Below, one piece after another: positions 28,787 through 36,813 of a stretch of 62,718 bases of DNA. Each line of letters starts with the position of its first letter. Within the stretch, counting starts at the first letter, position 1. The DNA lies in assembly GCA_037969415.1 (NCBI GenBank), contig JBBKXI010000212.1, positions 1 to 62,718 on the forward strand. Direction: 5' to 3'. Position numbers and translations under genes: made by a program. The stretch comes from Acidimicrobiia bacterium. Lineage in GTDB: Bacteria; Actinomycetota; Acidimicrobiia; Spongiisociales; ZC4RG35. The notes beneath the pieces are model-generated. The model made no database searches. It saw only the letters and a list, made by a program, of their open reading frames with translations, and was not told the origin of the DNA.

Positions 28787-29645
28787 TCCCGATGCCGCCG
28801 GCTTCGTGACCAGGGACGGGCTACGAATCGGATACGAGGTCTTCGGCACAGGGGACCCAACCATTTTGCTCATGCCGACGTGGACCATCATCAACTCTCG
28901 GTTTTGGAAGTTCCAGGTGCCATATCTCTCTCGGTATTACCGGGTGATCACCTACGACGGTCCCGGGAACGGTCGATCCGATCGTTCTACTGACTCTGAG
29001 CGGTACACGGCGGATGCTTATGCAGCCGATGCCAGATCCGTTCTCGACGAGTGCGGGGTGGATCGGGCAATAGTGGTCGGACTCTCGCTCGGCGCGCCGT
29101 ATGGATTGAGGCTGGCTGCATTGCATCCAGATCGTGTCGCCGGCCTGGTTTTCATCGGACCGGCCCTTCCGTTCACCCCCCCGGCTCCGGAAAGGGCAGC
29201 CATCGCCGAGACATATCTGAAGCCTTACCCGGATGACGTGCAGGGGTGGGGAAAGTACAACGTCGCCTATTGGTACGACAATTATCAGGATTTCGCCGAG
29301 TTCTTCTTCGAACAGTGCTTCAACGAGCCTCACTCAACGAAAGCAATCGACGATTCGGTCGGCTGGGCGTTGGAGGGCGGACCGGAGGCGCTCGATGCTG
29401 AAGGGAACGCACGTCCTTGGAACCCCGGGTTTGCCGAGGAAATGCTGGGTCAACTCCATTGTCCGTTGCTGGTGATCCACGGGACTGACGATTTGATTCA
29501 TCCCCATAACACGGGATCGGTAGCTGCTCGCCTCGGGCATGGCTGGTTAATGTCCCTTGAGGGGTCGGGGCATCTTCCCAACGTGCGCGACCCGGTCGCT
29601 TTCAACTTTGCTCTCAGGGACTTCATCGAGGGTGTGACGGTATGA
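28773..29645 (+). CDS. Alpha/beta hydrolase (Ser nucleophile)
   Basis: 290 aa with nucleophile elbow GLSLG, DGPGNGRS, and LVIHGTDD...GSGHLP (acid/His region). Confidence 0.85.
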   Translation: MRARNPDAAGFVTRDGLRIGYEVFGTGDPTILLMPTWTIINSRFWKFQVPYLSRYYRVITYDGPGNGRSDRSTDSERYTADAYAADARSVLDECGVDRAIVVGLSLGAPYGLRLAALHPDRVAGLVFIGPALPFTPPAPERAAIAETYLKPYPDDVQGWGKYNVAYWYDNYQDFAEFFFEQCFNEPHSTKAIDDSVGWALEGGPEALDAEGNARPWNPGFAEEMLGQLHCPLLVIHGTDDLIHPHNTGSVAARLGHGWLMSLEGSGHLPNVRDPVAFNFALRDFIEGVTV

Positions 29646-31762
29646 GAGCTGCTCTGCCCGGTTCGATAGGGACCGTCGATCGCGACGGTGTCGATATCTA
29701 CTTCGAGGTTTATGGTGAAGGAGAAGACACGATCCTGCTCATTCCGCCAGCACCGATCACCCACTCCAGGATCTTCAAAGCCCAGATTCCTTTCCTCGCT
29801 CGTCATTCCCGGGTAGTGACCTTTGATGCCCGGGGCAATGGCAAATCGGGTCGCCCCAACACTCCCGGCGAGCACTCAGGCGCCGAGAATCGTGCAGATT
29901 TGCTTACAGTAATGGACGCCAGCGGAACTGAGAGCGCAGTCTTGGTCGCTCATTGTCACGCTAACTGGTGGTCAGTCTCATTTGCGGGAGAACATCCCGA
30001 GCGAGTCGACGCTTTGGTGGCGATTGATCCTTGGATCCCCTATTTGGGAGTCGGGCATCAACACTGGCGGGATGTTTCCGCGACTTTCGACGACGAACTC
30101 GAAGATCCAGTGGGATGGCAACTGTTCAATCGACAGGTGATAACAAACCAACACCGTCGATGGGTTGAATTCTTTTTTGGTTCCCAACTGGTCGAACCGC
30201 ATTCGACTAAGCAGTTCGAAGATGCCGTTGGTTGGGCGCTCGAATCGACCGGCGATGTGCTCGTTGCCGGCGAAGAAGGACAGGACGTTGGTATGCCCCC
30301 GAAAGAAGGGGTCGAAGCGATATGTCGGGGCCTCGATATGCCGGTGTTGGTAATCCACGGCACTGAGGATGTCTGTCCATCCGTCGACAAGGGGAAGGCG
30401 TTCGCCGAGATTACGGGGGCTGAGCTGGTGCTGGTCGAAGGCGCCGGACACCTCACCATGGCCCGTGAGCCGGTCAAGGTGAACCGGGCGATCAAAGAAT
30501 TCATTAGCAAGAACAAGGAAGAACTCATGAATACCCAAACTTGGACCAGGGCTCTCAATCGTCCCAAGAAAGCCCTATACATTTCTTCGCCGATCGGGTT
30601 AGGGCACGCACGCCGGGATGTGTCAGTGGCCAAAGAACTGAAGAAACTCCACCCGGACCTTCAGGTCGACTGGCTGGCGCAGGATCCGGTGACGCGGGTG
30701 CTTGAGGCGGAAGGGGAGGCGATCCATCCCGCCAGTGAGTGGCTGGCAAACGAGTCGTCCCACTTTGTTGAGAAGACCACTGAGCACAACCTCCATGCCT
30801 TCCAGGCCTTACGGGAGATGGACGAGATCATGGTCAACAACTTCATGGTGTTCCAGGAAGTTGTTGAGGAAGGTCTTTATGACCTCATCATCGGAGATGA
30901 AGCGTGGGAGATCGACCATTTCTGGCACGAGAACCCCGAGCTGAAGAGAGGCGCACATGTCTGGTTTACCGATTTCGTTGGCTACCTGCCGATGCCTTCA
31001 GGAGGAGACAGGGAGGCGTTTGTCGCTGCCGACTACAACGCGGAGATGATCGAGCACATCGCCCGCTTCCCCCGTGTCAGAGACCAAGCCCTGTTCGTAG
31101 GTACTCCCGATGACATCGTTCCCGAGACATTTGGGATGGACCTCCCCAAGATTCGGGATTGGACTGAAGAGCACTTTGAGTTTCCGGGATACATAACAGG
31201 ATTCACGCCGCCAGATGAAGCTGAAATTCCCGGGCTGCGGCATGAGCTCGGGTTTGGTGACGGCGAGAAGGTCGTAGTCGTCACGGTTGGCGGGTCTGGA
31301 GTAGGGCGTGCTCTACTCGAGAAGATCATCGCCGCATACCCGATGGCCAAGAAGCGTCTGCCCGAGCTGCGGATGATGGTCGTGGCCGGTCCGAGGATTG
31401 ACCCGGATTCACTCCCGGCGCATCCGGGGTTGGAAGTCGTTGGATACGTTCCGCAGCTATATCGCCATCTATCGGCATGCGATCTCGCCGTGGTGCAAGG
31501 CGGCCTCACGTCAACGATGGAACTGACCGCGGCCCGGAGACCCTTTCTCTACTTCCCATTGCAAGACCACTTCGAGCAGAACTTCCATGTTCGTCATCGG
31601 CTCGACCGGTACGGGGCAGGAAAGTACATGGAGTACGCGACGACCGACCCCGACCAGATCGCTGAGTCGATCGTCGCCGAGGCCGGTCGACCGGTCGACT
31701 ACGCACCTGTTGAGGCCGATGGCGCTAAACGAGCTGCCGCGAAAATCGCAGAGCTGATCTAG
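29642..31762 (+). CDS. Fusion protein: alpha/beta-hydrolase-fold domain (Cys at nucleophile position) + GT-B glycosyltransferase domain (GT28/Glyco_trans_1_3-like)
   Basis: 706 aa. Residues 1-290 are paralogous to the upstream hydrolase, but the elbow reads AHCHA. From about residue 296: ALYISSPIGLGHARRDVSVAKEL ... VTVGGSGVG ... VVQGGLTSTMEL, typical of a MurG/MGT-like GT-B. The ATGA overlaps the upstream gene. Confidence 0.8.
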   Translation: MRAALPGSIGTVDRDGVDIYFEVYGEGEDTILLIPPAPITHSRIFKAQIPFLARHSRVVTFDARGNGKSGRPNTPGEHSGAENRADLLTVMDASGTESAVLVAHCHANWWSVSFAGEHPERVDALVAIDPWIPYLGVGHQHWRDVSATFDDELEDPVGWQLFNRQVITNQHRRWVEFFFGSQLVEPHSTKQFEDAVGWALESTGDVLVAGEEGQDVGMPPKEGVEAICRGLDMPVLVIHGTEDVCPSVDKGKAFAEITGAELVLVEGAGHLTMAREPVKVNRAIKEFISKNKEELMNTQTWTRALNRPKKALYISSPIGLGHARRDVSVAKELKKLHPDLQVDWLAQDPVTRVLEAEGEAIHPASEWLANESSHFVEKTTEHNLHAFQALREMDEIMVNNFMVFQEVVEEGLYDLIIGDEAWEIDHFWHENPELKRGAHVWFTDFVGYLPMPSGGDREAFVAADYNAEMIEHIARFPRVRDQALFVGTPDDIVPETFGMDLPKIRDWTEEHFEFPGYITGFTPPDEAEIPGLRHELGFGDGEKVVVVTVGGSGVGRALLEKIIAAYPMAKKRLPELRMMVVAGPRIDPDSLPAHPGLEVVGYVPQLYRHLSACDLAVVQGGLTSTMELTAARRPFLYFPLQDHFEQNFHVRHRLDRYGAGKYMEYATTDPDQIAESIVAEAGRPVDYAPVEADGAKRAAAKIAELI

Positions 31763-31824
31763 AGAGATCGAAGGGAGGGGAACCTTTGCCCCCGCCGGTG
31801 TAGCTCGCTCGTTGGTTCGGGGAT

Positions 31825-33333
31825 TTGGTGGCCGACCGACCTGCGACCCAAATCCGATTTCGGGCTGGCACAATGGGGGCCATGGAGTCTCAAACCCTAC
31901 GACCGGCAAAAGGGGCGATCTGGACGGCTCTTGGTTCGATATTGCTGCTGCTGATTACTGCGCCACGGTACGGTTTTCATCGCGACGAGCTCTATTTCGT
32001 TATCGGTGGGCGGAATCTCGATTGGGGCTATGTAGACCAGCCTCCTCTCATACCTTTGATCGCCAGGATCTCAGAGCTCATCGGAGGGACCTCGCCTCTC
32101 GCTCTCCGGGTGCTTCCCGCCTTTGCCGTTGGTGCGATCGCACTGATGACCTCATTGATCGCAAAGCGTTTTGGTGGGAGTGTCAAGGCCCAGACGTTCG
32201 CTGCCATCTCCACCGGCTTGGCGGGCGTGGTCCTCGGTGAGGGACATCTACTCAGCACCGCCATATTCGACTTTATGTTCTGGACGGCCGTGCTCCTGGT
32301 GCTGGTCCATATCCTCGGTGGCGCGTCAGCGCGGCTGTGGTTACTGGTCGGTTTGTTGGTGGGCGTCGGGCTGCAGAACAAACACACCATCGGCTTTCTT
32401 GCGGTGGCGGTGCTCCTCGGTCTGCTGGCCACCCGTCGGAGGAGAATTCTGGCGTCTCCTTGGCCATGGTTTGGCGCGGCGGTTGCCGTCGTGATCGCCC
32501 TCCCAAACATCATCTGGCAATGGAACAACGGGTTTCCCCAGTTGGAGATGGCGGAGGCCCTGCGGGCGCGAAGTGACGGTTCTCTTGCCTTCATCTTGTT
32601 TCAACCTCTTCTACTTTCGATTGTTCTCGCGGTTCCGGCGGCGATCGGATGGTGGCGCCTTGCCAGGTCGGAAGCACTCGAATCCTGGCGGTCCCTGGCA
32701 ATCGCATACGGGGTGCTCTTCGTTGCCTTCGCTGCCACTGGTGGCAAGGCCTACTACGTGGCTCCGATGTACTCGGTGCTCCTTGCGGCGGGTTCTCTGT
32801 GGTTTGCCGACCTGGGCAAAGGCGCAACTCGATGGATGTCGGGAGTAACGGCTATCGGTCTTGCCATCGGCATGGTGATAGCTCTTCCTTTGGTACCCGA
32901 AACTGCTGTGTCCACGGTCGACGCAACCGGTGAATTAGGAGAAACCGTTGGTTGGCCCGAACTGGTGGCCGATGTTGAGGCCATATACCAGTCGATTCCT
33001 GTCGACATTCGCCCTGCGACCGTGATCCTGGCCGGTTCCTATGGAGAGGCGGGAGCGATCGATGTTCTGGGCCCAGCTGGCGGCCTTCCGCGGGCTTTCA
33101 GCGGGCATAACAACTATTACCTCTGGGGCCCACCAGGAGCGCATGGCCCGATCATCGGGGTGGGAGGCGTTAGCGAGGCGCTCGACATTGTTTGCCCGGG
33201 GTATCACCAGGTGGGAACGATTGGCAACGAGAGCAACGTGGAGAACGAAGAACTCGGCCTACCCCTTTATCTCTGTTTGGAGCCCGTGCGACAGCTTGCT
33301 GACGATTGGGAAGATATCCGGCACTACAACTGA
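31825..33333 (+). CDS. GT-C fold membrane glycosyltransferase (GT39/PMT_2, ArnT-like)
   Basis: About 500 aa and about 11 TM, with the first-loop motif YGFHRDELYFVIGGRNLDWGYVDQPPL. The start is uncertain (TTG 31825; ATG 31873 or 31882). Confidence 0.8.
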   Translation: MVADRPATQIRFRAGTMGAMESQTLRPAKGAIWTALGSILLLLITAPRYGFHRDELYFVIGGRNLDWGYVDQPPLIPLIARISELIGGTSPLALRVLPAFAVGAIALMTSLIAKRFGGSVKAQTFAAISTGLAGVVLGEGHLLSTAIFDFMFWTAVLLVLVHILGGASARLWLLVGLLVGVGLQNKHTIGFLAVAVLLGLLATRRRRILASPWPWFGAAVAVVIALPNIIWQWNNGFPQLEMAEALRARSDGSLAFILFQPLLLSIVLAVPAAIGWWRLARSEALESWRSLAIAYGVLFVAFAATGGKAYYVAPMYSVLLAAGSLWFADLGKGATRWMSGVTAIGLAIGMVIALPLVPETAVSTVDATGELGETVGWPELVADVEAIYQSIPVDIRPATVILAGSYGEAGAIDVLGPAGGLPRAFSGHNNYYLWGPPGAHGPIIGVGGVSEALDIVCPGYHQVGTIGNESNVENEELGLPLYLCLEPVRQLADDWEDIRHYN

Positions 33334-33360
33334 TCGGGCCGGAACGTCTAAATTCAAAGG

Positions 33361-34293
33361 ATGAAAATTGCCGCGGCACAGACCGCAAATGTCTGGGGAG
33401 ACCCGGCCGCAACCACAAAGGTCGTGGTCGATTGGATTGGGAGGGCTGCAGACGAGAGAGTCGACCTCCTGGCGTTCGGGGAGACATTCCTATCCGGGTA
33501 TCCCTTCTGGGTCGGAATGACTCCGGCCACCAAATGGAATGATGCCGACCAGAAGCCTGCCTTCGCCCACTATCTCGCAGCCGCGGTCCGGCTTGACGGT
33601 CCCGAAATCAGCACGATTGTCGAGGCCGTTGGTCGGGCTGGCGTTTTCGTCTATCTCGGTATAACCGAGCGCGCCGACAGCGAGGGAACCGTATACGCAT
33701 CTTTTCTCGGGATCGATCCCGCCCGGGGAATTGTCAGTTCTCACCGGAAACTGACCCCCACCTATGACGAGCGGTTGGTTTGGGGTTCCGGTGACGGGCA
33801 CGGATTGCGGGTCCATCAGGTGGGCGACTTCAAGGTTTCTGGCCTCAATTGTTGGGAGAATTGGGTACCCGGGATTCGACACGCCCTATACGCCCAGGGA
33901 ACCCAGCTACACGTTGCGGGTTGGCCAGGGTCGCGAGGGCTCACCGACGACATCACCCGGTTCATTGCAATGGAGGGCCGCTGCTATGTGTTATCCGCCG
34001 GGCAACTGCTCTCGCCAGGTTCTGTTCCAGATGACACTCCACTAAAAGACGTCGCGCTCGGCGGCAAGTCCGGGTTCGTCTATCCGGGTGGTTCGGCAAT
34101 CGCCGGACCCGATGGTGGGTGGTTGGTGAAACCTCTTTACGACGAAGAAGCACTCGTCACCGCTGAGATCGATTTGAGCCGGGTTAGGGGCGAGAGAGCG
34201 AGCTTCGATCCCGCCGGGCATTACTTCCGACCCGATGTCATCGGAGTGACCGTCGACAGAACCCGGCACAGCTCGGCGACCTTTGCGGACTGA
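33361..34293 (+). CDS. Carbon-nitrogen hydrolase (nitrilase-branch)
   Basis: 310 aa with the Glu-Lys-Cys triad contexts LAFGETF, HRKLTPT, GLNCWENW. Confidence 0.85.
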   Translation: MKIAAAQTANVWGDPAATTKVVVDWIGRAADERVDLLAFGETFLSGYPFWVGMTPATKWNDADQKPAFAHYLAAAVRLDGPEISTIVEAVGRAGVFVYLGITERADSEGTVYASFLGIDPARGIVSSHRKLTPTYDERLVWGSGDGHGLRVHQVGDFKVSGLNCWENWVPGIRHALYAQGTQLHVAGWPGSRGLTDDITRFIAMEGRCYVLSAGQLLSPGSVPDDTPLKDVALGGKSGFVYPGGSAIAGPDGGWLVKPLYDEEALVTAEIDLSRVRGERASFDPAGHYFRPDVIGVTVDRTRHSSATFAD

Positions 34294-34296
34294 AGA

Positions 34297-34554
34297 ATGA
34301 CCGGGAACACTTTTGTAGACATCGTGCTGGCAGTTGCGATCGGCCTGGTGATCTGGAAGATCTCGATAGTGACGATACGGATGATGTCAACGCCACCTCC
34401 GGAAATAGACCCGGAAGACATCGAAGCGGTCGACCAGGACTACAAGTGCACTGTTTGCGGGGCCGAGTTGACGATGAAGGCGATCAATATTCAAGACGAT
34501 GCGGCACCGCGACACTGTCGGGAGGACATGGTTCCGGTTTGGCGTCCGGGATGA
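34297..34554 (+). CDS. Small membrane protein with C-terminal CxxC...HC zinc-ribbon-like motif
   Basis: 85 aa with one TM (FVDIVLAVAIGLVIWKISIVTI), then CTVCGAEL-x15-HC. It sits directly upstream of sco. Confidence 0.5.
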   Translation: MTGNTFVDIVLAVAIGLVIWKISIVTIRMMSTPPPEIDPEDIEAVDQDYKCTVCGAELTMKAINIQDDAAPRHCREDMVPVWRPG

Positions 34555-34583
34555 TGTCGCATAGCTGAATACCCGTCCCACAA

Positions 34584-35198
34584 TTGAGTGTGATGAATCT
34601 TCGAGTGCCCATGCTGGCCGTCTTCTCCATCGCGATGGTGTTGACTGCATGTGGCACCGATGTTGCTTCCGATCAACTTCAAGGCGTCGTCATCGAGAAT
34701 CCTCTTCCGAAGGGAGACTTCGTACTGACCGACACCGACGGGCAGGCGTTTGACTTCTCCAGGGAAACTGAGGGCAAGCTGACCCTTTTGTATTTCGGTT
34801 ACGTCAACTGTCCGGATATCTGCCCGGTCCATCTCGCCCAGATCGCCGAGGTGTTCAGCCAACATCCGGAGGTGGCCAGGGAGTCTGAGGTTGTATTTGT
34901 CTCGGTCGACCCCACCAGGGATACTCCCAATGTGATCAGGGATTTTCTGGACAATTTCGATTCAAACTTCGTTGGTCTCACCGGCAGTCCAGAAGAATTG
35001 GTAACTGCCCAAGAAGCCGTTGGAGTGCCCCCGGCGCAGATCACAGGCGATGGCGAGGACTACGTGGTAGACCACGCAGGATGGGTTATTGCTTATGCCC
35101 CCGATGGGCTCAACCACACGATCTATCCCTTCGGCACCCGCCAGACGGAATGGACCAACGACCTGCGGGCGCTGTTGAACTTCAAGGAGAATGAATAA
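34584..35198 (+). CDS. SCO1/SenC-family copper chaperone (thioredoxin fold) lipoprotein
   Basis: CPDICP (CxxxC) and a conserved downstream His. Signal peptide with LTACG lipobox. The start may be the ATG at 34593. Confidence 0.85.
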   Translation: MSVMNLRVPMLAVFSIAMVLTACGTDVASDQLQGVVIENPLPKGDFVLTDTDGQAFDFSRETEGKLTLLYFGYVNCPDICPVHLAQIAEVFSQHPEVARESEVVFVSVDPTRDTPNVIRDFLDNFDSNFVGLTGSPEELVTAQEAVGVPPAQITGDGEDYVVDHAGWVIAYAPDGLNHTIYPFGTRQTEWTNDLRALLNFKENE

Positions 35199-35653
35199 TG
35201 AAACGCACTATCACCGTTGGTCTCGCACTGATGGCTTTGCTCGTCTCGGCGTGTGGATCTGACGGGACGATGCCGGCAATATCCGACGCACGGATTGGCC
35301 AACCCACCGGGCCGAACGCTGCCCTCTACTTCACCGCGACCGGGTACGGAGTAGACGACGCCCTTATTTCGGTGGAAACCCACGTCGCGCCAAGTGCGCA
35401 GCTGCACCAAACGGTGATGGGCGATGGGGGAACCATGTCTATGGAGCCCCTGTCGGCGATTCCTATGCCGGCTTCAGGGGATCTGGTTCTCGAGCCTGGC
35501 GGCTATCACGTCATGTTGATCGATGTCGATGAGCTGGAGATCGGTTCGACGGTGAAGCTGATGCTCACTTGGGAGAAGGCAGGCGCTGAGACGATCGAGG
35601 CTGAGGTGGTCGATCCGGCCGAGACCATGGACGAGACGGGCAGCGACGGTTGA
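35198..35653 (+). CDS. Copper chaperone PCu(A)C (DUF461)
   Basis: Lipobox LVSACG and a Met/His-rich Cu(I) motif region HQTVMGDGGTMSM...GGYHVMLIDV. TAATG overlap with sco. Confidence 0.85.
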   Translation: MKRTITVGLALMALLVSACGSDGTMPAISDARIGQPTGPNAALYFTATGYGVDDALISVETHVAPSAQLHQTVMGDGGTMSMEPLSAIPMPASGDLVLEPGGYHVMLIDVDELEIGSTVKLMLTWEKAGAETIEAEVVDPAETMDETGSDG

Positions 35654-36453
35654 TTGTTTGGTGGTGCACCGCACTTTTTGAACCCTGGGAGTGGCAGTGG
35701 ATTCCCTACCCGGGGATTTGGCTTTCGGCAATTCTGCCCACCTTCTTCTATATCCGTGCCATCCGTCGTCACCCCGGCGAGATCGATCGCAAGAGGGCCG
35801 TTCAGTTCGTTGCTGGAATGCTCGTGTATTGGTTGGCTACCGACTGGCCTTTGGGAACCCTCGGAGCGGGTTATCTCGCCTCGGCACACATGGCTCAATT
35901 CCTCCTCTACACGCTGATCGCCGCACCATTGCTTCTCCTCGGAATCCCAGAGTGGATGGCGCGCAAGATTGCCGGCAAGCTCAGGATCTATCGGTCGGCG
36001 GTTTGGCTTGGCAAGTCTGCGGTGACATGCGGAATTCTCTACAACATGATTCTTCTCTCCACACACGCTCCAGCCACGGTTGACGCCTTGAGGATCAACC
36101 AATTTGGATCGTTCGCCATGGACATCCTGTGGGTGCTTTCCGGATTGTTGCTGTGGCTCCCGGTCTTGTCACCGCTGCCCGAGGGCCGGGTCGAGTCGGT
36201 GTGGGCAAAGATGATCTACTTGTTCCTCGTTACTGCCGTCGTGGCAGTAATCCCGGCGAGCTTCCTCACTTTTGGTACGACGCCGCTCTATGCAACCTAC
36301 GAACTTGCTCCCCGAATCGGCTCGATGACGGCCATCGAGGATCAACAGATTGCCGGAATCCTCATGAAGCTGGCCACGATTCCCATTATTTGGGGCACGA
36401 TCTCGGTCCTGTGGTTTCGGTTCTCGAGCAAAGAGGCTCAATTCACCACCTGA
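35650..36453 (+). CDS. ctaG: Cytochrome c oxidase assembly factor CtaG (caa3-type membrane protein)
   Basis: 267 aa, polytopic, with LATDWPLGTLGAGYLASAHMAQFLLYTLIAAPLLLLGIP. Overlaps the PCuAC stop. Confidence 0.75.
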   Translation: MIVWWCTALFEPWEWQWIPYPGIWLSAILPTFFYIRAIRRHPGEIDRKRAVQFVAGMLVYWLATDWPLGTLGAGYLASAHMAQFLLYTLIAAPLLLLGIPEWMARKIAGKLRIYRSAVWLGKSAVTCGILYNMILLSTHAPATVDALRINQFGSFAMDILWVLSGLLLWLPVLSPLPEGRVESVWAKMIYLFLVTAVVAVIPASFLTFGTTPLYATYELAPRIGSMTAIEDQQIAGILMKLATIPIIWGTISVLWFRFSSKEAQFTT

Positions 36454-36495
36454 CCGGGTCGCGCTTCATTTTCTCCGACTACGATCCGACAACGA

Positions 36496-36732
36496 ATGCC
36501 CGAGTCGAAACGCCGTAAACCAAAGAACCCGCCGAAGTCGGAGCAAGCCGTCGAAGCAGCCAGGGCAAAGGAGCCCAGCCCCACCTGGTATGTCGCCACC
36601 ATGACCGGTCTGATGGTCATCGGAGTGGTCCTGGTTCTGATCCGGTTTATATTCGAAAAAGACCAGGCGTTGTTGTTGGTCGGTCTAGGCGCCATAGCCG
36701 CCGGCTTCCTAATGACCACCAACTACCGCTAA
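36496..36732 (+). CDS. crgA: Cell division membrane protein CrgA
   Basis: 78 aa with a basic N-terminus, PSPTWYV, and two TM ending ...MTTNYR. In the conserved position convergent with pknB. Confidence 0.8.
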   Translation: MPESKRRKPKNPPKSEQAVEAARAKEPSPTWYVATMTGLMVIGVVLVLIRFIFEKDQALLLVGLGAIAAGFLMTTNYR

Positions 36733-36813
36733 AACCGCCTTCCGACGGAACAGCCAGCCAATAGTGGCACCAAACTTGGAAAGAACGGGTTGAAGCTCTG
36801 CTCGCTCCGACGC

